A stretch of DNA of 64,000 nt from an uncultured Bacteroidales bacterium. Lineage in GTDB: Bacteria > Bacteroidota > Bacteroidia > Bacteroidales > VadinHA17. The notes under the pieces are model-generated. The model searched no databases and had not been told where the DNA came from. It was given only the letters and a program-made list of their open reading frames with translations. Location of the stretch: positions 51,941 to 115,940 of the forward strand of contig CAVTPX010000004.1 in NCBI GenBank assembly GCA_963736735.1, given 5' to 3'. Both the position numbers and the translations under genes were made by a program. This document shows positions 20,417 to 28,996 of this stretch, in pieces. Position 1 is the stretch's first letter. Each line of letters begins with the position of its first letter.

Positions 20417-22821
20417 ACCGGCTTTATTTTTTCAATATGTTCATTCAGAAGGGTGCTGACTTCCTTATACTCCCCGGCTGTTTTATCAATCAGTTCTTCA
20501 AGCTGAACCTCATTATTGTTGCCGGAGCAGTTTTTTTCTATCTCCTGCAGCAGGAGAGTGAGGTTTACAGCGCCTAAATGTCTGCATGGGGGCATAAGTT
20601 TATGTGCGATGTCGGCTACCTTTCTCCTCTCACCGGCATATAGTGCCGTTTTCATATCGGCGAGTCCTGTTGCGGTTGTGCCGATAAAGGTCCGGAGCAT
20701 CTGCAGAACGAAATCCTCATCCCCACCAGCAAGGTGGTACAGATTCTGCAGGTTTATTTTTGTGCTTACAGCCTCTCCGGGTACATTGTCCGCTTCATCC
20801 GCTTTATCGATGGGTGTTGTGAAAGTATCACCACCTGTCACTGAAAGTATAGTTGTCAGCAGCATTTTTTCAGTGAAGGGCTTTGGGATGAAGGCATTCA
20901 TCCCGGCCTTCTCGTATACATGCCAGTCTTCATTAAGAGAGGCGGCAGTGATGCATATCACGGGCATTTCAGAGGCTGTGATTTTCAACTCGCCGCGAAT
21001 GAATTCAGTTGCCTTTATGCCGTCAATACCGGGCATCCGGATATCCATGAAAAGCAGGTTATAACGGCCGTTCCTGACCATCTCCAGAGCCTCCATGCCG
21101 TTGGCGGCTTCATCATGCCTTACGCCCCACCGGTCCAGGATAGTCCTGAAGAGCATACGGTTATATTCTTCGTCGTCTACAACCAGAATATTAAGGTCCC
21201 TGATTCTTTCGGGGATCGAAAGAGGTGATTCAGGGTTTGTTTTAAGCTGTTCCTTGTCACCGATCTGGCAGGGAATGATGCACGTTATATCTGTCCCCTG
21301 ATTTTTCCTGCTCTTGAAATCAATGCTCCCGTTATGCAGGTCTACAAGTTTTTTAACAATGGAGAGGCCTAATCCTGTCCCTCCGTATCTGCGGGTAGTA
21401 CTCATCTCTGCCTGCGTAAAATCCTCAAAGATAAAGTCGAGCTTACTCTCGTCGATGCCAATGCCTGAATCAGCAAACTTCAGAATAAGGTCAACCTCCT
21501 GTCCCTCTTTACTTACGACAGATGCAGAAAAGCTTACCGTTCCTTCCCTGGTGAACTTGATTGAATTGCTGACCAGGTTAATAATTATCTGTTTCAGCCG
21601 GTAGGGGTCACCAATCAATACCTGTGGAATATTCTCTTCCGTGGAAAAGCTCAGATGAGTGTTGTTTTTCGCTGCCTGGGCTTCAAACATCGAATATACT
21701 TCTTCGAGGACCCGGGTGATGCTGAAGTGCACTTTTTCAAGTGGCATCTTCCCGTCCTGGAGCTTTGAGAAATCAAGGATATCATTAATTATCCGCTCAA
21801 GATGTGCAGATGTGGATTGAATTACCTTCAGCGAGCGGAGTGTCTTTTCATCACATGGTTCCTGCAGAAGCTGTTCTGTAAATCCTGAAATAGCAGTAAC
21901 CGGCGTTCGGATCTCATGGCTCATGTTGGCCATGAACTGCTCCTTTGTCCTGGCCAGTTTTTCGGCTTCGTTTTTGGAGTTCTCCAGGGCCACCTGGTAG
22001 CTGTTCGTCCGGCGTACATACCTTATAATAATGAAGATCACAAGTAATGCCAGGAGCGTACCGGTCAGGGTGAACATTGCCAGCCAGCGGAAGGTTTTAC
22101 GGGCAAGACGACTGGCATCGTCAGCTTTTCGTTCGATACTTTCCGAAACGGCTCCCTCCATTTTAGAAATAAGGTCATAAAACTGCTCTTTGATCTCGTT
22201 GCCTGTGGCAGCCAGCTGTGACTCCTTCAGCATCATTTTCTCCTTGAGTATCTGATCCTGCCTTTTTATCTGGTTGAGGTCACTTATAATCTCCTCCTCG
22301 TTGAGAAGGCTTTTTTCACTGCGACTGAATACACGTTTTAGTATTCCTTTCTCAGATTTCTGATCAAGTGCTGACGCTGTGTTAAGTTTTTCAGATATCT
22401 GTTTCAGTGACTGCATGACCTGGTGATTATTGTTCAGGAGGAGCAGTTCGTTCCAGATGAAAATGTTCTCCTCAATCAGCGTGCTTATTGTATCTGTCTG
22501 TTCCAGAAGCACGGTATCATTTATACATTCAGCCCTTAATCTGTTGACCTTATCATCGATATTGGAGATGACAGTATAGAAGGGCTGAAGGTCACCGGTA
22601 TCATTTGTAACAGAATAGATCCTTATGCTGTTTTCCGCTTTCTCAAGATCCATGGATATCTCGCGGATTGTCAGCAGGCGGAGATCCGGGCTCATGTCAA
22701 CCCTTATTGAGGATACAATTGACGAGAGATTCAGGTATGATAAATAACCGGTTGCTGACAGCAGAATGACTGCCAGGAACATCAGAAAGCCAATCTTTAT
22801 CTGAACGGATATTTTCTTCAC
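20413..22821 (-). CDS. Hybrid sensor histidine kinase (periplasmic sensor, HisKA, HATPase, REC, Hpt)
   Basis: Two TM helices; MSHEIRTP; NLVSNSIKFT; DSGIGI; GGTGLGL; FMDIRMP; AHKL Hpt. Confidence 0.93.
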   Translation of the reverse strand: MKKISVQIKIGFLMFLAVILLSATGYLSYLNLSSIVSSIRVDMSPDLRLLTIREISMDLEKAENSIRIYSVTNDTGDLQPFYTVISNIDDKVNRLRAECINDTVLLEQTDTISTLIEENIFIWNELLLLNNNHQVMQSLKQISEKLNTASALDQKSEKGILKRVFSRSEKSLLNEEEIISDLNQIKRQDQILKEKMMLKESQLAATGNEIKEQFYDLISKMEGAVSESIERKADDASRLARKTFRWLAMFTLTGTLLALLVIFIIIRYVRRTNSYQVALENSKNEAEKLARTKEQFMANMSHEIRTPVTAISGFTEQLLQEPCDEKTLRSLKVIQSTSAHLERIINDILDFSKLQDGKMPLEKVHFSITRVLEEVYSMFEAQAAKNNTHLSFSTEENIPQVLIGDPYRLKQIIINLVSNSIKFTREGTVSFSASVVSKEGQEVDLILKFADSGIGIDESKLDFIFEDFTQAEMSTTRRYGGTGLGLSIVKKLVDLHNGSIDFKSRKNQGTDITCIIPCQIGDKEQLKTNPESPLSIPERIRDLNILVVDDEEYNRMLFRTILDRWGVRHDEAANGMEALEMVRNGRYNLLFMDIRMPGIDGIKATEFIRGELKITASEMPVICITAASLNEDWHVYEKAGMNAFIPKPFTEKMLLTTILSVTGGDTFTTPIDKADEADNVPGEAVSTKINLQNLYHLAGGDEDFVLQMLRTFIGTTATGLADMKTALYAGERRKVADIAHKLMPPCRHLGAVNLTLLLQEIEKNCSGNNNEVQLEELIDKTAGEYKEVSTLLNEHIEKIKPV

Positions 22822-22852
22822 CTTGATTTTGAAGGATTAACGTACATCAAAA

Positions 22853-23272
22853 CTATGAAAATTTATTGTCAATGAACTGTTCAAGGTAAAGGCGGCAGAT
22901 TGCAGGGGCGAAGCCATCTTTCAGGATGAAGAAATCGTGCTCCCCCCGCTTCTCCTTTTCGGCGATGGCTTTTGACTGTGACATCAGCAACACCTGACTG
23001 CCTGCGTTATGATTTTTAAGGAGTCTGACAATATGTCCGCCAGTTATGCCGTCTCCGATGTAATAATCGACAAAGGCTATTATATCACTATTTCCCAGTT
23101 CGCCTGACCTGATCATACTTATACACTCATTGGCATCGGTGAATGAGTGAATCTTAACCTTGCAGTCGTGCTTCAACTGCAGGTGGTCGCCCGACTTCTG
23201 CAGGGTTCGTGAAAGCAGACTGTTATAGTATTCATTGTCCTCAACCACCAGTACAATAACAGTATTATTCAT
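22853..23272 (-). CDS. Single-domain response regulator
   Basis: VLVVEDNEYYN...AFVDYYI...LMSQ...K. ATG 23272 is preferred because the longer start overlaps a candidate promoter. Confidence 0.8.
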   Translation of the reverse strand: MNNTVIVLVVEDNEYYNSLLSRTLQKSGDHLQLKHDCKVKIHSFTDANECISMIRSGELGNSDIIAFVDYYIGDGITGGHIVRLLKNHNAGSQVLLMSQSKAIAEKEKRGEHDFFILKDGFAPAICRLYLEQFIDNKFS

Positions 23273-23300
23273 GTTTTTGTTATTTGTTCCGGTTGGTTTT

Positions 23301-23315
23301 GCCAATTGTGTGCCA
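23301..23315 (-). promoter_or_regulatory. Candidate sigma54 promoter (TGGCACACAATTGGC)
   Basis: GG-N10-GC, ~30 nt upstream of ATG 23272. Confidence 0.6.
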
Positions 23316-23413
23316 CAATACAGACAGATTCAGTACGCTAACGACAACTGTCTTAATAACAGTGTGTTATAGTTTGACTAAAATCGTTTCAAGGATCTCC
23401 CCGCCGGAAATAC

Positions 23414-23432
23414 TTTTCTCAAAATGAGAAAA
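23414..23432. promoter_or_regulatory. Candidate enhancer palindrome TTTTCTCAAAATGAGAAAA
   Basis: Inverted repeat; its core is the reverse complement of 19029-19043. Confidence 0.55.
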
Positions 23433-23445
23433 TATACAGAATTTA

Positions 23446-23512
23446 CAGACTTTCAGACTTTCAGACTTTCAGACCTTCAGTCCGCCAGCCGGCGGATCAG
23501 ACCCTCAGACTT
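23446..23512 (-). repeat. TCTGAAAG 8-mer repeat with embedded TCCGCC-AGCC-GGCGGA hairpin (23481-23496)
   Basis: cagactttcagactttcagactttcagaccttcagtccgccagccggcggatcagaccctcagac. Confidence 0.8.
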
Positions 23513-24229
23513 CTACATAAACTTCTCCCGGTTCTGAAGGTTGTACAGTGCAAAAAGGAGCGAGATGACAGTGCCAACACCAAGGAAAATGCGGTTTTTA
23601 ACTGTGATTATCGCCCATGTTGCATCGCTGACATCGCGGGCCGGTTCAAAGGGGTTGAGGAAAATGTTCCACTGGCTCCGCTGAAGGGGTTCCTGAAGTA
23701 TAAGGAAAAACATGCCAATGATTATCATCACTACTGCAGTTCCGTTTCCGTTGCGTATAACCGTGGAGAGCATAAATGCCGTCATGCCGAGAAACAATAC
23801 AGGCATCATTACCTGGACAGTCATCCGGAAGACCGGGAACTTTATTATCATCACCGATGAAATGAACGTGAATAAAAGCAGGATCAGGAAAGTGATCAGG
23901 AATATCAGAATTATCCTGACGAGCCATACCTTGTATCTGTAATCGGGTATCCCGAACAGAATCTCTATTGTCCTTGAATCCTGGTCATTCTGTATGCCGA
24001 AAACCGAAGGATAGAAGACCAGGAGCAGTCCCGAAAAGATGAATACACCGTAGAGTTCTTCCATCCTTGAAATATCTTCCGAGAATACATAGATAACTGA
24101 CAACCCCAGGTAGAACAGGGTCGACCCGGCAAGGAACCAGAAGAACCTGCTGGCGAAGATTATCTTGAGGTTATAAAAGATCATCTTCTGAATCAGGATA
24201 ATATAGTTATTTAATCTGCCCGGTTTCAT
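23513..24229 (-). CDS. ABC-2-type permease-like membrane protein
   Basis: About 6 TM helices; DQDSRTIEILFGIPDYRYKVWL resembles the ABC-2 coupling helix; last gene of the operon. Confidence 0.7.
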   Translation of the reverse strand: MKPGRLNNYIILIQKMIFYNLKIIFASRFFWFLAGSTLFYLGLSVIYVFSEDISRMEELYGVFIFSGLLLVFYPSVFGIQNDQDSRTIEILFGIPDYRYKVWLVRIILIFLITFLILLLFTFISSVMIIKFPVFRMTVQVMMPVLFLGMTAFMLSTVIRNGNGTAVVMIIIGMFFLILQEPLQRSQWNIFLNPFEPARDVSDATWAIITVKNRIFLGVGTVISLLFALYNLQNREKFM

Positions 24230-24241
24230 GCTGGTTGGTTA

Positions 24242-27200
24242 TTAATCGACGGGTGAATTTTTATCTTCCTTATTCCGCAGGATCCACAGGTAGGCGTCCT
24301 CAAGGTTGGGGGTGGCACGTATGGCACCTTCCCAGGGGCTCTTTTCAGAGACAACCCTCACCCTGACACTGTCGCCCTCTGACATATGGTGCACAACGAG
24401 GTTCCTGCTTACAAAATCGTTAAACTCCGCTGCCGGGATGTTGAATTGCCAGACGTGACCTTCAGCTTCGTGAGTCATGTCAATAGGTTTGCCGAGATAT
24501 TTCAGTTTTCCCTTGTTCAGCACGGCCACCTGGTTGCAGGAGCTGGAGATATCCTCGATTATGTGTGTCGAGAATATCACAATTCGTTCACGGCTGAACT
24601 CTACGAGGAGGTTCCTGAACCTTATCCTCTCCCTGGGGTCAAGGCCTGCGGTGGGCTCATCCACAACGAGTATCCGCGGCAGGTGCAGTAGTATCTGGGC
24701 GATGCCGATCCTCTGCTTCATCCCACCCGAATAGGAGCCTATCTTTTCGTGACGTCTCTCCTCCATGTGTACCGATTTGAGCACATATGTGACTCTCTCT
24801 TCCCGGGTTTTGGCATCGATAATATTCTTCAGCATCGCCTGGTAATGGAGGTACTCATGGGCAGTCATATTCTCATAGCTTCCGAACTCCTGGGGGAGGT
24901 ATCCTATCAGACCCTGCAGTTCCTCGCGTTTCACCTGTGTATCCATGCCGTTTATCCACACCTTCCCGTAGCTCTGCTCCAGGATGCCGCAGATTATCCG
25001 CATCAGGGTTGTCTTGCCGGCGCCATTGGGACCCAGGAGCCCGAACATGCCGTTGCCGATATCAAGTGATACACAGCTCAGCGCCTTGAAGGGTTTCTTC
25101 TTTTTCCCAATCAGAGGCACTGCAGCAACCACCCTGTATATATTTTTCCGCAGGCCCCTGAACCTGCCTTCAAGCCTGTAAATGTCAATGTTTTCCTCAG
25201 AAAGTTTCTGTCCTGTCTTATAGATGAATAACCCTGCAAACCAGAGTATTCCCATTATAAGCACCACAGCAATGTTCTCCCATCTGAGCTGAAAATAAAC
25301 GAGGTTGAGGAGCGGGATGATCCAGAAGACAGTCAGATCTGCTGCTTTGGATATCTTTTTAAGTATGGGTCTTCTGCCGTCTGCAGTCATGTTGGCAATA
25401 AGGGTCCTGACTGAATTCCATATAGCTGACAGGAAGAACCATGACATGATGCTGAAGAAGAAGATCCAGAATCCTTTTGTCAGGAAGAAATATGTAAACC
25501 AGCACAGAAAGCCGAACAAAGGTATCTGCCATGTAAGGTGTCCCATCTCCTTCCATGACCTGTACCCGTTGGCAAGGCCCAGTCTCTCACGGGTGCGGGC
25601 ACCGGCTTTCCACTCCCTCGCCCATCGTGATTCCCTGTCATAGATCTTCACGAGGCTCTGAACGCGGATCCGGATGTTCTCATCCGCCGGTATGACAGTC
25701 TCCCTGGCTTTTCTCAGGCTGTTCATCAGGAACCATGTTGCCGCCGGGATTACAATCAGCGTCAGGAGGCCGGTGATAAGCTGCCACAGGAACTTATCGA
25801 TATTTGTATATATAAGGAAAATTATGAGTGCGAAAATTACAAGCTGTGCGAGCCTGATCCTGATATCGAGCGATTTGAACCATCCGATTGCATTTTCAAG
25901 TCCGGAGTAAAATGTCGGAATAAAGATCAGTGTAAGAAGGGTGCTGAGAGTTAGTCCTCCGATGACTGTTACCGCGAATGATGCCCCGATTATTGAAACA
26001 TATTCAGCCTGACCCATTGCAAGCGGCAGCATTGCAATCACGGTTGTGACTGCAGTAATAAGTATGGGTCTTATCCTTGCCACCCCAGCAGCCATCAGGG
26101 CCCGTGACCGCCTGTTGCCCTGTTTCCGGAGCAGATTTGTATAATCTATGAGTATGATACCGTTGTTTACAACTATCCCGAGCAGAATCAGAAAGCCTGT
26201 GAGAGTACTGGCGTTGAGAAGTGAGTTGCCGGTGAGAATCAGCGCAGCGAGCGATCCGAGGGCAGCCAGCGGGATGCTGAAGAGCAGCACAAAGGGAATT
26301 ACAAAAGATTCGAAAACGGCTGCAAGGATCATATAAATCAGCAGGAAAGCAATTCCAATGAGTACATAGAACTCCTTCAGCTGGTTTTTCTCCTGTATCA
26401 CCTCGACGGCAATTCCCGGGGAAATATTCAGGCTCGCGACAATTGATTCAATCTCTTCCCTGGCTCCCAGAAGCAGGTCCTTTGAATTCTTTATTTCCTC
26501 ATTGAAGTTATACGTTATTGTAATCCTTTTTTCCTGGTTCTCGCGGTGGATATTCCCCAGTCCCTGTGAGAATATTATGCCGGCGAGTTCTTCCATCTCC
26601 ATCACTGCACCTGCATTATTTGTGACCTCAAGGTTCTTCAGATCGTCTATTGATTTATCAGTGACTGGTGCGGCAACGGTATCAGTGACTGCATATTTGA
26701 TTATGATGTCATAACTCTCCGTTCCCTGCCTGAAGGTTGCACCTGAAGAATATTCAGTCCCGAAGGTAGCCAGGGCTGCTGTAAGGTTTGCAAGTGTATA
26801 ATTATTCCTTCCGATATAGTCCATATCGAAGTGAAGCTGCACCTCGGGCTTATTGTCCTGTACGTTGATATTTGCACCGGTGATTGACTCGAGTTCTTCG
26901 AGATAGGTCCTTATATCGTCGGCAAGGTTTTTCATCTGGGTGAAGTTTTCACCCCTGATTACAACACTCTCACTTTCCGACCCGATGCCCAGCAGGTTCA
27001 TGAAGTCGGCGCCCGGATTCATTGTCCCGCCGGTGGAGCCGCCGCCGGTAAATCCCCCTGATGTCGAGATCTCATCCATTGAGACCTCGGCAGAGGTTAT
27101 ATTTTTTGTTTTATCAGCAATCGCAGTCTTAATCTCTGCCAGGCTTCTCTTGCTGGTTTTGTCCCATTCCTTGGCGAGGTTTACTGTTACAGTTGCTTTT

Positions 27201-28996
27201 TCCTCCTCAATGCGACTGATAATATCTTCTTTTTCTGAGATGGACGAAAGCCGCTCCTCAATATCGGCCACCACGGCATCAGTCTTTTCCAGAGTAGATC
27301 CGGAAGGCATAGTAACACTCAGCCTGAAGCTGGGCGTGTTTATCTCCTGGCTGTTGTTCATGCTGAGCGAAAGGCTTATCAGCAGGGCAGCGAAAAAGAC
27401 CACAAGTGTCCCGATTATAGTGGCTGCAGGCTTTCTCATACTGGCCTTAAGAACGAGATGGTATGCCTGTATCAGCCGGTCGTGTATCGACAGTTTTTTG
27501 AATATCTCCGCCCTCTGCCCCGGGTTGTGCGAGAGAAGAAAATATGTCGCCATGGGGATAAAGAGGATTGCTACTGAGAGCGACACGAGCAGTGTAGAAA
27601 CGATTGAGACGCCAATGTTTTTCCCTATTATTTTGATGAGAAAGTTGGCCGAAAAGATAAATGGAAAGAAGACGACGACTGTCGTCAGTGTCGAAGCAAG
27701 GATGGCTCTCCAGACCTCCTTTGTTCCTTGTTTTACAGCTGTCTCCGGGTCTTTCCCGGCGCCCGCAAGCCGGTAAATGTTCTCAAGCACCACCACCGAG
27801 TTGTCGACAAGCATACCTATGGCCAGTGCCACTCCGACGAGCGTGAGACTGTTTATTGATATATTATACCCGTAGAAGAAGTTGAATGCCGTATAGACAG
27901 AGATAGGAATGGAGACAGCAATAACTGTAACAAGGCGGATATTTCTCAGGAAGAACCAGAGGATAAGTACAGCCAGAATGGCGCCGGTGACCGCCAGGTT
28001 AATAATCTGGTCGATGTTCTTCTCCATCGTTTCGGCAGTGTTGTTCTGGACAACGATCTCCACACCCAGTGATGCAAGTTCACGGTTAAGCTTTGCCACC
28101 TGATCGGTAGCAGAGTGGGAGAGCTGAATAAGGTTTGCCTGGTTGTCATTGACAAGGTTCATTGTCACGGCGTCCATTCCGTTGACGCGGCTGTAAGAGC
28201 TCTCTTCCTTGACCCCGTAGAATATCTCAGCAATATCACGAAGAAGCACAGGTCCTTCCTGCTTCACTATTATATTGCCAATCTCAGTCACATCGGTATA
28301 TTCCGATGTTATATTGACAGATATCCGGCTGTCACCGTCAACGACCTTACCCGCAAAGGATCTTGCCCTGCTGTTGTTGTTGAGGAGCCCCCTGACCTGG
28401 CTCATTGTGACTCCCAGCGCCTTACACGCCTTTTCATTGAGCCTGACCTCGATTGAATTCTCCTGTCCTCCGTACACCTGCACACCCGCAATTCCGTCGA
28501 TATTCTCAAGCTTTGGCTTAATCTCACGGTCTGCAATATTCCTTATCCTGTCTACACCCCCCTCACCCCTGACCTGCAGTGACATGAACTGGTTTGTAAG
28601 CTGTTCGAGGTCGATCTTGATAACATTGATAATGAACTCTTCAGGAATTGATGCTTTAACAGAATTAATCCGCTCCTGCAGTTTCAGGCTTGCATATTTC
28701 AGGTCAGCCTTCTGGTTGTAATAGACCATGATGGTGCCGTAGCGGGAGGTGATATTCGACTCAATCTTCTCGATACCCTCAAGTGTGCCGATGGCGCCTT
28801 CGACAGGCATTATGGCCTGTGTCTCTATATAGGCGGGATCCATTTCAAGCGGCGATCCCACCTGCACTATAAGAGTCGGGAGCTGTGCATTCGGGATAAG
28901 CTCTACGGCCAGCTTTTTGTAAGATACATACCCGAGCATCGTCAGCCCGAGAAAAAGCATGCTTATGAGGACCTTTCGTTTTAAGATGAAGTTCAT
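24242..28996 (-). CDS. RND (AcrB-like) permease fused to extra TM helices and an ABC ATPase domain
   Basis: RND motifs GMLVDNSVVVLENIYR, GIVVNNGIIL, RIRPILIT; C-terminal GLLGPNGAGKTT, YSGGMKQR, VVDEPTAGLD, FSTH. Confidence 0.9.
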   Translation of the reverse strand: MNFILKRKVLISMLFLGLTMLGYVSYKKLAVELIPNAQLPTLIVQVGSPLEMDPAYIETQAIMPVEGAIGTLEGIEKIESNITSRYGTIMVYYNQKADLKYASLKLQERINSVKASIPEEFIINVIKIDLEQLTNQFMSLQVRGEGGVDRIRNIADREIKPKLENIDGIAGVQVYGGQENSIEVRLNEKACKALGVTMSQVRGLLNNNSRARSFAGKVVDGDSRISVNITSEYTDVTEIGNIIVKQEGPVLLRDIAEIFYGVKEESSYSRVNGMDAVTMNLVNDNQANLIQLSHSATDQVAKLNRELASLGVEIVVQNNTAETMEKNIDQIINLAVTGAILAVLILWFFLRNIRLVTVIAVSIPISVYTAFNFFYGYNISINSLTLVGVALAIGMLVDNSVVVLENIYRLAGAGKDPETAVKQGTKEVWRAILASTLTTVVVFFPFIFSANFLIKIIGKNIGVSIVSTLLVSLSVAILFIPMATYFLLSHNPGQRAEIFKKLSIHDRLIQAYHLVLKASMRKPAATIIGTLVVFFAALLISLSLSMNNSQEINTPSFRLSVTMPSGSTLEKTDAVVADIEERLSSISEKEDIISRIEEEKATVTVNLAKEWDKTSKRSLAEIKTAIADKTKNITSAEVSMDEISTSGGFTGGGSTGGTMNPGADFMNLLGIGSESESVVIRGENFTQMKNLADDIRTYLEELESITGANINVQDNKPEVQLHFDMDYIGRNNYTLANLTAALATFGTEYSSGATFRQGTESYDIIIKYAVTDTVAAPVTDKSIDDLKNLEVTNNAGAVMEMEELAGIIFSQGLGNIHRENQEKRITITYNFNEEIKNSKDLLLGAREEIESIVASLNISPGIAVEVIQEKNQLKEFYVLIGIAFLLIYMILAAVFESFVIPFVLLFSIPLAALGSLAALILTGNSLLNASTLTGFLILLGIVVNNGIILIDYTNLLRKQGNRRSRALMAAGVARIRPILITAVTTVIAMLPLAMGQAEYVSIIGASFAVTVIGGLTLSTLLTLIFIPTFYSGLENAIGWFKSLDIRIRLAQLVIFALIIFLIYTNIDKFLWQLITGLLTLIVIPAATWFLMNSLRKARETVIPADENIRIRVQSLVKIYDRESRWAREWKAGARTRERLGLANGYRSWKEMGHLTWQIPLFGFLCWFTYFFLTKGFWIFFFSIMSWFFLSAIWNSVRTLIANMTADGRRPILKKISKAADLTVFWIIPLLNLVYFQLRWENIAVVLIMGILWFAGLFIYKTGQKLSEENIDIYRLEGRFRGLRKNIYRVVAAVPLIGKKKKPFKALSCVSLDIGNGMFGLLGPNGAGKTTLMRIICGILEQSYGKVWINGMDTQVKREELQGLIGYLPQEFGSYENMTAHEYLHYQAMLKNIIDAKTREERVTYVLKSVHMEERRHEKIGSYSGGMKQRIGIAQILLHLPRILVVDEPTAGLDPRERIRFRNLLVEFSRERIVIFSTHIIEDISSSCNQVAVLNKGKLKYLGKPIDMTHEAEGHVWQFNIPAAEFNDFVSRNLVVHHMSEGDSVRVRVVSEKSPWEGAIRATPNLEDAYLWILRNKEDKNSPVD

